A stretch of DNA of 64,000 bases from Candidatus Fermentibacteraceae bacterium. Lineage in GTDB: Bacteria > Fermentibacterota > Fermentibacteria > Fermentibacterales > JCC-6. The translations under genes were made by a program, and so were the position numbers. Each line of letters starts with the position of its first letter. The stretch's first letter is position 1. Positions 28,576 through 39,060 of the stretch are shown here, piece after piece. Location of the stretch: positions 128,001-192,000 of the forward strand of contig JBGSZS010000007.1 in NCBI GenBank assembly GCA_041750285.1. The letters are read 5' to 3'. The notes beneath the pieces are model-generated. The model worked only from the letters and a program-made list of their open reading frames with translations, did not search any database and had not been told where the DNA came from.

Positions 28576-30437
28576 TGGCCCAGGCTGCTGAAGAAAGGAA
28601 AGTTCTTGCCATTGCCGTCATGCGTGACGGCAAGGTGGTGAACAAGATGCTTCCGGGGTCCGCTCCCGTGAGGCTGGGCTCGGGCTACAACAACAGCATC
28701 GTCGCAGAAGCTCCGGGCATTCCCGATTCGATGGAGTTCATCCGCCCCGGCACCGAGCGTGACATGTGGGAACTCCGGCTGTCCGACAGCATGGAGGCAG
28801 TGATCACTTCCGCCGACGGGTCGAAACTCAAGTTCAGCGATCTGAAGGGGCTTGGCATCTTTTCCACCGATCCGGAAGGCAATTTCGTACTGAACCTTCG
28901 CTACGGCGATCAGGGAGCGGTAAACGCCGGCCCGTTCGTGATCCATTTCGGATTCATCGTACCGCCGGCCAAACCCGTGACCGAGAAGAAGCCGGTGAGG
29001 AAGAAGGAGCCCGAGAAGCCCGTAATCGAGGAGAAGGCCGATCCCAGAAGACTGAAGATCACCGTCGAGGGACCGGACGGCCGAAAGGACATCTGGCCAA
29101 ACGCGGGCATAATGACGATTGGTGAAGCCGATTACAACACGGTTTCAGTGAAGCATGCCGGCCTTCCGAAGATCCATACCTTGCTTGAACCATCGGGCAA
29201 CCGTTACGTTCTCAACCTGCTTCCCGAGATCAAGGGCGGCGTCGAGGTAAAGGGAAGCGTCATTCCCTTCAGCACGCTCATCGAACGCAGGATGATACGA
29301 CAGGAGAAGGAAGGCGCCCCCTACATCTGGGAGTTCGACAAGAGCGTTCAGGGTGTTTTCTCCGTCAGCGGCGTCGAAGTTTTCTTCGGATTCGCCGATC
29401 CACCGCCGGAGATCATAAGACCAAAGGCCGAATCCCGCCCCGAGATCAAGGTGGAAAGGGCGAAACCTGCCGTTTACGACTGGCAGACATTCGCGACCCG
29501 TCCCCATGAGGAGACGGCTTTCGAGGAAACCACCACCGAGAACCAGAAGTTCAAGGTCATGGTCGGTGTGGGCCTTGCGATTGCCCTTCTCCTCGGGGCA
29601 GTGACCGACCGTCTCATTGTGGTGGTGAAGGAATCGAAGGCCCAGATACTCAGAAGGGCGCCCAGCGCAAGGGTTGCCTCACTGGCTGAAACCCCTCCTC
29701 CGACCGATGAGATCGGTGTCGGTGAAGAGATAATCAGCGACATGCCCTCCACCGAGGTGGCAAACGCCGGCGGCGGCGCACCCACGGAAGGGCCTTCGGG
29801 TCCCGTGGGCGCAGCGGCTGGAGCTTCCGCCGCGGAAGACGTCCTGCAGAGCATAGGTTTTGCAGCCTACGGCACCGGGGCTGCGGGAGGCGGCGCAGGG
29901 TTCATTGGCGACCTTCAAAGCGCTGCTTCCAGCGGCATCGGTCTGGCATCGGGCACAGCCGGTCAGGCTCTCGTTGCCGGCGCCGGCGGCGGAGGTTCCG
30001 GCGGTATTACCGGTCTTGTCGGTTCGGGTGGCGGTGTGGCAACCAGCGCGGAGACCGTCAGTTCAAGCCAGATGCAGGCGGTGCACCAGGCTGCGCAGGT
30101 CACGTTCACGGCCAGCGCTTCGGGTGAAGCCATCGATCTCGGCTACAGGAACATGTCCGAGATCAGACAAAGGCTGAATGTGATGAAGATGCGCATCCAG
30201 ACCGCTTACGAGGGCCTTCTCAGAAGCGACCCCAGCGCCGGCGGCAGGATCAGCATCAGTTTCGCGATCACTCCCAGCGGATCAGTTACCGCTGTCTCAG
30301 TGAGCTGCCCCGGTTCGCTCGCCAGCCTTCAGGCCACCGTAACAAGCGCGGTGAACAGCCTGAATTTCGGACCTGCGCCGGAACAGACGTCAAACCTCCC
30401 GGTAACGGTGCCTGTTAATCTGGTACCACCGCAATAG
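28572..30437 (+). CDS. GltG-like AgmX/PglI C-terminal domain protein (TonB/TolA analogue)
   Basis: Two N-terminal FHA-like repeats ending F.FGF..PP, one TM, Gly/Ala-rich linker, IQTAYEGLLRSDPSAGGRISISFAITPSGSV. Confidence 0.8.
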   Translation: MMAQAAEERKVLAIAVMRDGKVVNKMLPGSAPVRLGSGYNNSIVAEAPGIPDSMEFIRPGTERDMWELRLSDSMEAVITSADGSKLKFSDLKGLGIFSTDPEGNFVLNLRYGDQGAVNAGPFVIHFGFIVPPAKPVTEKKPVRKKEPEKPVIEEKADPRRLKITVEGPDGRKDIWPNAGIMTIGEADYNTVSVKHAGLPKIHTLLEPSGNRYVLNLLPEIKGGVEVKGSVIPFSTLIERRMIRQEKEGAPYIWEFDKSVQGVFSVSGVEVFFGFADPPPEIIRPKAESRPEIKVERAKPAVYDWQTFATRPHEETAFEETTTENQKFKVMVGVGLAIALLLGAVTDRLIVVVKESKAQILRRAPSARVASLAETPPPTDEIGVGEEIISDMPSTEVANAGGGAPTEGPSGPVGAAAGASAAEDVLQSIGFAAYGTGAAGGGAGFIGDLQSAASSGIGLASGTAGQALVAGAGGGGSGGITGLVGSGGGVATSAETVSSSQMQAVHQAAQVTFTASASGEAIDLGYRNMSEIRQRLNVMKMRIQTAYEGLLRSDPSAGGRISISFAITPSGSVTAVSVSCPGSLASLQATVTSAVNSLNFGPAPEQTSNLPVTVPVNLVPPQ

Positions 30438-30445
30438 CTTTGAGT

Positions 30446-30479
30446 TGATCCGGGCGGCGCTTCCGGCCCGCCCGGATCA
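30446..30479 (+). terminator. hairpin ending the motor operon
   Basis: TGATCCGGGCGG ... CCGCCCGGATCA, 12-bp stem. Confidence 0.55.
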
Positions 30480-30523
30480 CCCGGACCCCGTCCTTCCCTG
30501 TCACTCCGGTAAGGGATGATCCA

Positions 30524-31750
30524 ATAGAAAACACCAAGGCAAAAACCTACCTGGCGGACAGGAGCGTGGGCTGGCCGCTGCTCGGCGCAAGCCTTGCCGC
30601 CACAACGATCGGCGGAACCTCCACCGTGGTTCTGGCTGCATACGTCATGACTCACGGCCTTTCCGGGCTGTGGCTGGACATTCCGCTCGGGCTGTCCCTT
30701 CTTGTCCCGGGTTTTTTCCTGGCGGGCAGGGTCCGCGCCACTGGGGCGTTCTCCATCGCAGGGATAGCACGAAAGAAGTACGGAAGCACCTTCGGAACCA
30801 TCGCATCGGTTCTGGTCCTGATGGCCGAGCTGGCATGGTTCGCGCTCCTCACCCTTGCCGGCTCCTCACTTTTTCAGGGCATGACCGGGCTTTCCCACCC
30901 TTGTTCAATCCTTTTGGTGGCTGCTGCATTCTCCGTCTACACCATAATCGGAGGCCAGAAGGCCGTGATATTCACCGACCTCTGGCAGCTGTGCCTTGTC
31001 CTCATTTTCGGTCTTGGCATTCCCGCAGTCATGGTTGCGATTCGGGGCGTGAACCCCGAACCAGGCATGCTGTCATTTCCGACAGGACCGGGAATGGGGT
31101 GGAGGGACGCCTTTGGCCTGCTCGTAATGATGGGGCTGCCCGGGCTTGTGGGTGGCGATGTGTACGGCAGGCTGCTTTCCGCGAAGACACCCCGCGATGC
31201 CTCGCGTGCTTCGGTCATGGCCGGGCTCATCAAGCTTCTTGCCGCGGGATGCGTGGCCGTGATCGCCCTTGGTGGAAGGGGAAGCCTCGATGAAACGTTG
31301 CGTACGGTTCTTTCCCCTGTGCTTTACAACGCAGCCGTGTTCGGGATACTCATGGCCGTAATGTCCAGTGCGGACAGCGTGCTTCTCACGGGGGCGACCG
31401 TTCTCCATACCGACCTGATCCCCGGAATGAAGGCATCACCCCGTTATGCGGCAACACTCGTGGCTGTTGCGGGAACGGCCCTGGCCCTTGCGGCGGGGAA
31501 TGTGGTGGCCGTGATGCAGTGGTCCTACACGGTTTTCAGCGCCGGCGCACCGCTGCCCCTTCTGGCGGCACTTCTTCTGAAACGCACACCGCCGTCCCTC
31601 GCGGCCAACCTGTCCATTATTATCGGAGGAGGAACCGCAGCCCTGCTGAAACTGCTCGGGAATCCCGATGCGTTCCTTATCGGTCTCGGGGCTTCACTGT
31701 GCATTCTTGCATCAGGAATACTTGCAACAAGCGGCAGGAGACGATCATGA
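30524..31750 (+). CDS. sodium:solute symporter family protein; start uncertain (ATA 30524 or GTG 30566)
   Basis: YLADRSVGWPLLGASLAATTIGG, YTIIGGQKAVIFTDLWQ, AVMSSADS. Confidence 0.85.
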   Translation: MENTKAKTYLADRSVGWPLLGASLAATTIGGTSTVVLAAYVMTHGLSGLWLDIPLGLSLLVPGFFLAGRVRATGAFSIAGIARKKYGSTFGTIASVLVLMAELAWFALLTLAGSSLFQGMTGLSHPCSILLVAAAFSVYTIIGGQKAVIFTDLWQLCLVLIFGLGIPAVMVAIRGVNPEPGMLSFPTGPGMGWRDAFGLLVMMGLPGLVGGDVYGRLLSAKTPRDASRASVMAGLIKLLAAGCVAVIALGGRGSLDETLRTVLSPVLYNAAVFGILMAVMSSADSVLLTGATVLHTDLIPGMKASPRYAATLVAVAGTALALAAGNVVAVMQWSYTVFSAGAPLPLLAALLLKRTPPSLAANLSIIIGGGTAALLKLLGNPDAFLIGLGASLCILASGILATSGRRRS

Positions 31751-33141
31751 AGAGAATTCTGTTGACCGGAACGTTTGTTCTGCTTTTGTGTTCATGCGGG
31801 AACCCAGGGCCTGTGGCTCAGGCAGATGTGGAGGGGGTATGGAAGGGTGGGCTGACGGTAGCCGGCAACACCCTTGATGTAACGGTTCAACTCTCGCAGT
31901 CTGACAGCGCTTTCTCGGGGAGCATCGAGATACCGGTTCAGAACGCAAGGGGGCTCGAACTGGCAGACCTCGACGTCCGTGGTGACAGCGTGTTCTTCTC
32001 GATTCCCTCCGGGCTTGGCAGGGCAGACTTTCTGGGAACGGTGCGCGGCGACAGCATGAGCGGAGCTTTCATTCAGTCAGGCTACACCGGTTCCTTCGCT
32101 CTTCTGAGAACATCGCGTGACATTCCCCGGAGCGTGTCCACGGGCGAGGAAGTGATTATTCCGGGGGATGGCTGCGAACTGGCCGGAACACTCGACCTGC
32201 CACAGGGAGAACCCCCTTTCCCGTGCGTTTTCCTGCTCACTGGCAGCGGTCAGCAGGACAGGGATGAGTACGTGATGGGATTCCCGGTCTTTGCCGTTCT
32301 GAGCGGACACCTTACCGGTGCCGGACTTGCGGTCCTCCGGTGCGATGACAGGGGAGTTGGCGGGTCAACCGGTGGAATGGAAGCCTTCAACGACTCGGTG
32401 CTGCTCTACGAGGCAAACCTGATGCTGGACTTCCTTCGACAGGATGGGCGGATAGATCCGTCACGCATCGGTGTGCTTGGACACAGCGAGGGTTCCAGCA
32501 CCGCTTTCGCCCTGGCGGCCGGTCGTCCGTCCGATATCGCCTTCGTGGTGAGCATGGCCGGCCCCGCTCTCGACGGGTACAGGACCATCCTTGCCCAGCA
32601 GGAGGCCATACTGCGGAGTCAGGGGTTCCCCGAGGAGGAGATCGTCCGCAGGCAGGCCATTCAGACCGAGATCATGGACGCGGTTCTTTCGGGGGCGGAC
32701 AGGACCGAGCTCGAAGCGATACTGGACCGGCAGTTCCGGTCGGAGTTCAACGGGCTCACCGAAGAAGAGCTTGCGATGATGGGCGACGTGGAAGGGCAGA
32801 TCCGCATGATGGTGGATCAGGCCCTTGCTCAGGTGACATCGGAGTGGTTCAAAAGCTTCCTGGTAAACGATCCTGCGGTCAGCATCAGGTCAGTCGCATG
32901 CCCCGTCCTGGTCCTCAGCGGAGGGAAGGACATACAGGTTCCCGGGGATCTCAACCTGCCTTTTATGGAACGCGCCCTCGAGGACAACCCCGACCACGAG
33001 ATAGTGGTATTCGCCGATGCCAACCACCTGTTCCAGAACTCGGTGACCGGAGCGGTGGAGGAGTACGCCACCCTCGAACCCGAATTCATTGATGGTTTTC
33101 CCGAAGCAGTGACTGGCTGGATCAGTGAGAGGGTGTTTTAG
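31747..33141 (+). CDS. alpha/beta hydrolase lipoprotein
   Basis: Lipobox LCSC, GSGQQDRD, DDRGVG, GHSEG, GGKDIQV, ANHLF. Confidence 0.85.
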   Translation: MKRILLTGTFVLLLCSCGNPGPVAQADVEGVWKGGLTVAGNTLDVTVQLSQSDSAFSGSIEIPVQNARGLELADLDVRGDSVFFSIPSGLGRADFLGTVRGDSMSGAFIQSGYTGSFALLRTSRDIPRSVSTGEEVIIPGDGCELAGTLDLPQGEPPFPCVFLLTGSGQQDRDEYVMGFPVFAVLSGHLTGAGLAVLRCDDRGVGGSTGGMEAFNDSVLLYEANLMLDFLRQDGRIDPSRIGVLGHSEGSSTAFALAAGRPSDIAFVVSMAGPALDGYRTILAQQEAILRSQGFPEEEIVRRQAIQTEIMDAVLSGADRTELEAILDRQFRSEFNGLTEEELAMMGDVEGQIRMMVDQALAQVTSEWFKSFLVNDPAVSIRSVACPVLVLSGGKDIQVPGDLNLPFMERALEDNPDHEIVVFADANHLFQNSVTGAVEEYATLEPEFIDGFPEAVTGWISERVF

Positions 33142-33362
33142 AACATCCGACCAAGAAAGGTGTACCAATCCCGCGAGCCGGTAAGGAGCACGCCGGCCTG
33201 GTCGAGCAGTTCGGGGTCACTGTTTTCGAGATAGAGCCCGCATAGTCTTCCAACCTGGCTCTCTCTGAGAGTGACAGGCAGGGCATCGTACTCCGCCTGG
33301 CTTCCGTGCGCCAGTGCGTAGAATGCCAATGCGAGGGCGTTCCACCCCTCGGATCGTTCAGG
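33138..33362 (-). other. 73-codon +1-frame continuation of the upstream gene (frameshifted C-terminus or small ORF)
   Basis: Open frame PERSEGWNALALAFYALAHG...FLGRMF fills the gap to the convergent hydrolase. Confidence 0.5.
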
Positions 33363-34098
33363 GCATGGACTCAACTGCCTCCCTGACCCCGGCTGCCTCG
33401 TCCGAACAGTCCACCGAGTCCAGGAGCGTGGCGAGTTCCCCAAGTGCCGCAACGTATTCGTCGCGGGTTATGGAAAGACCATCAGGGTAACCATTCAGCG
33501 CCACCTGATGGAGGGGTTCGCCGCTCAGGTTGAAACCCGCGTCGTAAATGTCCTCGAGCCATTCCATCGCATCTTCCGGGGACATTCCGGCGTTTGTCCG
33601 CGCTCTCACACCCGACACGCCGGATACGAGAAGGACCACGCACATCTCCCTGCCCAGAGGATTGGACCCCGGGTAGAAGACCGACCATGCCTCTTCCAGA
33701 ACACCATCGTGGTCATCGTTCCTATAGAGTTGAACCATCCGTTGCAGCGCCTCGCCGTAATAGTCGTGATAAGTCCCGCTGATGAGCCCGAGTTCGAAAT
33801 CTTCGCCGACACTGTACTCGGCCGTGTAATAGTTGGCGGTGAACGGGTACTGTGAGTAGACCGTGAGAATGCCCGAGTCGGGGTCGTACGTGGCCGAAGA
33901 CTTGGCGATGTTGAACATTCCAGGGAACTCGGCGTATCCGGAGATGAGTTCGGAGCCTTTTGAAAGGGCAATCGATGTTACGGTGGTGAATTCCAGTACG
34001 ACCAGGTCAACGGGTCCCTCCTCCGGAGGGAAGCCTTCGACCGGAAGCATCACCGAGTAGTCAACAACCATGAGCATGCAGAGAAGAAGGATCATCAT
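33358..34098 (-). CDS. hypothetical exported acidic protein
   Basis: ATGA overlap with the patatin stop, short hydrophobic N-terminus, ends ATG CCC TGA. Confidence 0.7.
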   Translation of the reverse strand: MMILLLCMLMVVDYSVMLPVEGFPPEEGPVDLVVLEFTTVTSIALSKGSELISGYAEFPGMFNIAKSSATYDPDSGILTVYSQYPFTANYYTAEYSVGEDFELGLISGTYHDYYGEALQRMVQLYRNDDHDGVLEEAWSVFYPGSNPLGREMCVVLLVSGVSGVRARTNAGMSPEDAMEWLEDIYDAGFNLSGEPLHQVALNGYPDGLSITRDEYVAALGELATLLDSVDCSDEAAGVREAVESMP

Positions 34099-34964
34099 TT
34101 CGTCCTTTCCCCGGTTCGAAGTGCCAGAAGCCTGTCTCGAAGCTCCCTGGCCGCCCTCTCCGCCTGGGCGTAGATTTCGGGGGCCTTGTGGAACTCCAGA
34201 AGGTCGACATTGGATATGTCCGGTTCGATGTAGATCGAAGGAGGGCATTTCGTGAGCTTTTCAGCGATGATGGTGCGCTGCATTATGTCGAATGTCTCCA
34301 GAACGGCGCGCAAGGCAGTGGGAGACTTCTGACCCTCCTTCTTCTCAAGCCGTCCCATCACGTTCACCGCTATCACCAGGTCGCAGTCATCGAGGATGTC
34401 GTGCGGAACGGGGTTGACGCATCCGCCGTCGATGAGGGTAATGCCGTCCATGTGAACCGGGGAGAAGACCCCGGGCAGACCCATGCTGGCTTTGATTGCC
34501 TTCAGAAGGTCGCCCTCCTTGAAAACCACCTGTGCGGAGTTCCAGAAATCCGTGGCGACCACCCTCAGGGGGATCTCGAGCTTTCCGAATGTTTTCGTCA
34601 GTATCTGGCGGTAAAGGAATTCGACGAAGGCATCACCCTTGAAAAGGGCGTTGCCGAGAAAGTCGATGTCCAGAAGCCTGATCCAGGCCAGGGCGTCCTT
34701 CCTTGCCAGTATCTCCCTTAGGGTGTCTCCGTCCTTTATCAGCATGCGGTCGGTTCCCTCGCGGATGGCCAGGCCCGTCACACCTGAAGCGTAGATTGCT
34801 CCCATTACGGCCCCTATGCTGGTGCCTGCGATGCAGTGGGGCCTTATCCCCAGTTCGTCCAGCACCTGCAGCATGGGGATGTGGGCAAGCCCCCTGGCTC
34901 CGCCGCCACCGAGCGCCAGCCCGATCTTCAGATCAGGGTGCTCCTTCCGCCCCACCTGAGCCAT
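34095..34964 (-). CDS. patatin-like phospholipase (RssA/NTE family); start approximate
   Basis: LALGGGGARG, GTSIG, ASMGLPGVFSP, DGG. Confidence 0.9.
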   Translation of the reverse strand: MAQVGRKEHPDLKIGLALGGGGARGLAHIPMLQVLDELGIRPHCIAGTSIGAVMGAIYASGVTGLAIREGTDRMLIKDGDTLREILARKDALAWIRLLDIDFLGNALFKGDAFVEFLYRQILTKTFGKLEIPLRVVATDFWNSAQVVFKEGDLLKAIKASMGLPGVFSPVHMDGITLIDGGCVNPVPHDILDDCDLVIAVNVMGRLEKKEGQKSPTALRAVLETFDIMQRTIIAEKLTKCPPSIYIEPDISNVDLLEFHKAPEIYAQAERAARELRDRLLALRTGERTK

Positions 34965-35943
34965 CCTCCGCGTCAGTCCTGAAGCGGTCGAGCTGTTCCT
35001 GAAGGTAGGAGTTGCCCGGGTCGAGCTCAAGAGCCCTCGAGCCCCATTGCACGGCCTCATCTTTCCGGTCGAGACGGTAAAGGACCTCCGCAACGGTGTC
35101 CATGATGTTCGCGTCATCAGGTTCTGAGGCGCTTGCCTCGAGCGCCAGGGCCAGGGCCCGCTCCAGATCGAGACCGGCCATGGCCATCGACCATGCCATG
35201 GAGTTCTGCATCCATGCCTCGTCGTAGTCCTGCGTTGACATCCTGGAGAGGACCGCCAGGGCGCGTTCCCCTTCGTAAATCAAAAGCATGTTCAGCGGTT
35301 CCCACCAGCGGAAGTAGAGCCTTCGGAGTTCCGTAACCGCCTCGGGGTTGTCGGAGACCTGGATGTCGACCAGAAGGTCGGTTGCGCCCTGGTGCCCCCC
35401 GTTTTCCCTCACCACGAGGATCGCGGCGGACTGCCTGCCGCGGCTGTCCCCCCCCGCATCCTCCCCCGCCTTCAGGGCCTCGAGAAGCCTGTATGCCAGG
35501 ATCTCGCCCTCGGTGGCAAGGTATGTCCGTTCCATTGCTTCCACGACTTCGGGACCGGTGAGGATGTTTCCCTGGATCGCGTAGCCCTGACCTGTAACTC
35601 CGCCGGCCCAGAACATTGTTTCGGTGCCGGTGAACGACGCCGAGTTGCCCCGGGAATCGACAACACCTATCTGGCGCTGGTCTGCAAGCGAGTCGGCCGA
35701 AGTCAGGGTCCGGATGACCTCTGAAGCCGACATCCCTTCGGAAAGAAGCCTGAGCCCCTCCGGACCATAGCCGAGGTTTGCCCAGGCCTGCGTGGCTATG
35801 GCACCTGCATTCGCCTTCGCCCACGGAACCATCTGGCCCACGAACGGAACCTTCGAGGCAACGGCAATTCCCCATTCACCGGTTTCAGGATCGTGGGCCA
35901 CGATGGAAAAGGTTGAAACAAGAGCAAGGAGCAATGCGATCAT
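34933..35943 (-). CDS. DUF1028 Ntn-hydrolase-like protein with C-terminal TPR
   Basis: TFSIVAHDPETGEWGIAVAS, AIATQA, QGNIL, AGGDSRGRQSAA; TPR-like DTVAEVLY. Confidence 0.85.
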   Translation of the reverse strand: MIALLLALVSTFSIVAHDPETGEWGIAVASKVPFVGQMVPWAKANAGAIATQAWANLGYGPEGLRLLSEGMSASEVIRTLTSADSLADQRQIGVVDSRGNSASFTGTETMFWAGGVTGQGYAIQGNILTGPEVVEAMERTYLATEGEILAYRLLEALKAGEDAGGDSRGRQSAAILVVRENGGHQGATDLLVDIQVSDNPEAVTELRRLYFRWWEPLNMLLIYEGERALAVLSRMSTQDYDEAWMQNSMAWSMAMAGLDLERALALALEASASEPDDANIMDTVAEVLYRLDRKDEAVQWGSRALELDPGNSYLQEQLDRFRTDAEDGSGGAEGAP

Positions 35944-35953
35944 CCCGCACCTC

Positions 35954-36742
35954 TCAATCCAGCAGGAGGAGGCTTCCCGCCATCACCGCCATGCCTGCCA
36001 CAAGGCCGATTATGCAGAGGTGGTGCTCGCCGTGCTCCTCGGCGGTGGGAAGGAGCTCGTCGAGGCTTATGTAGACCATAATGCCCGCCACGCCCGACAA
36101 CATCCAGCCAAGCACTCCTTCCGTGAAAAGGGTTCGGAAGAAGAAAAAGCCGATCAGAGCACCCAGGGGTTCGGAAAGACCGGAAAGAAAGGACCAGCGG
36201 AACGCCTTCCGCCTGCTTCCGGTGGCGCAGTAGATCGGGGCGCTTATGGCGATCCCCTCGGGTACGTTGTGGATGGCAATGGCCACTGCTATGGCAACAC
36301 CCAGTCTGGGCTCCTGGAGGGCCACGGCAAAGGTTGCGAGGCCTTCGGGGAAGTTGTGGACAGCTATTGCGATCGCGCTGAACACCCCGAGCCTGTGGAG
36401 GTTTTTCCCGCAGATCGGGCTGTGCACCTCGTGCGGGTTTTCGAACTTGGGGACCATGAGGTCGATGATTGCCATGATCGCGATGCCCGCGAAGAATCCC
36501 GCAACCATCCTGAAGTCTGCGGCTCCGAGCGTGTTGCCCGCGGCCACGAAAGACTCGCGGGCCCCGGGAAGTATCTCCATGAAACTGACGTAGACCATGA
36601 CACCGGCACTGAAGCCAAGGGCGGTGGCAAGGAATCTTGCGCTGGTGTGTCTGGAAAGGAAGGAAATGAGGCTGCCGATTCCTGTGGCAAGACCGGCAAA
36701 GGTAACCATTCCGAAGGCGGGCCAGAAATTGGTCATGTCCAT
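35954..36742 (-). CDS. zupT: ZIP-family zinc transporter
   Basis: GFSAGVMVYVSF, HNFPEGLATF, HNVPEGIA, SLDELLP. Confidence 0.9.
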   Translation of the reverse strand: MDMTNFWPAFGMVTFAGLATGIGSLISFLSRHTSARFLATALGFSAGVMVYVSFMEILPGARESFVAAGNTLGAADFRMVAGFFAGIAIMAIIDLMVPKFENPHEVHSPICGKNLHRLGVFSAIAIAVHNFPEGLATFAVALQEPRLGVAIAVAIAIHNVPEGIAISAPIYCATGSRRKAFRWSFLSGLSEPLGALIGFFFFRTLFTEGVLGWMLSGVAGIMVYISLDELLPTAEEHGEHHLCIIGLVAGMAVMAGSLLLLD

Positions 36743-36775
36743 GTGCTGCTCCCGGGTTGCTGAACACCCGAACAT

Positions 36776-36805
36776 AAGAAAAACCCGGGGCCTTGGGCCC
36801 CGGGT
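36776..36805 (-). terminator. intrinsic terminator of groESL
   Basis: ACCCGGGGCC CAA GGCCCCGGGT followed by TTTTCTT on the minus strand. Confidence 0.8.
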
Positions 36806-36824
36806 CTTCCAAACCCGGATGGGT

Positions 36825-38471
<1,647 letters not shown>

Positions 38472-38771
38472 TTACTTGTCGAGGACGGCCAGGATGTCTT
38501 CTTCCCGGACTATCACGAACTCTTCACCGTCGATCTTCACTTCGGTACCCGTGTACTTGCCGATGAGGATCCTGTCGTTCACCTTCACCACCGGCTCGAT
38601 GAAGTCGCCGGAATCGTTGCGCTTGCCCCTGCCGACGGCCTTGACCGTTCCCTCGAGGGGCTTCTCCTTCGCGGTGTCCGGAAGCACTATGCCACCCTTG
38701 ACCGTTTCGACCGGCTCTTCCCGAAGGACGAGAACCCTGTCGAAAAGAGGACGCACCTTCATGTCTGCCAT
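38472..38771 (-). CDS. groS: co-chaperonin GroES
   Basis: [28 protein letters not shown]. Confidence 0.98.
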   Translation of the reverse strand: MADMKVRPLFDRVLVLREEPVETVKGGIVLPDTAKEKPLEGTVKAVGRGKRNDSGDFIEPVVKVNDRILIGKYTGTEVKIDGEEFVIVREEDILAVLDK

Positions 38772-38852
38772 CTTTCGTTCTCCTTTCGCGGAATGTGAGG
38801 ATTGTCCATAACCCGCGGAGCCAATGCTCCGCTTCGTTATGCAACCTTAATA

Positions 38853-38868
38853 AGCAATGATGATGCCA
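38853..38868 (-). promoter_or_regulatory. sigma54-type (-24/-12) promoter of groESL
   Basis: TGGCAT-CATCA-TTGCT matches TGGCAC-N5-TTGCW. Confidence 0.75.
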
Positions 38869-39060
38869 GTTGTTTTCGGAAACTCGCCCATCTGCATAAC
38901 CCATTGGATGACAATACTAAGACCTCATGGGCCGATTCGGCGTGTCGTCAGCGGGGGAAGGGGCTGCCTTCGCCCGTGTCACTTTGGCACGGAAATGGAT
39001 TCCGTGCGTTCTTGTATATTCGTCCGGCACTCGAAATCACAAACAGCCCGGAGGCTTTTC

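Noticed and set aside
38985..39000. TGGCAC-GGAAA-TGGAT before hutH as a sigma54 promoter
   Set aside because: The conserved -12 GC is GA; not supportable without TSS data
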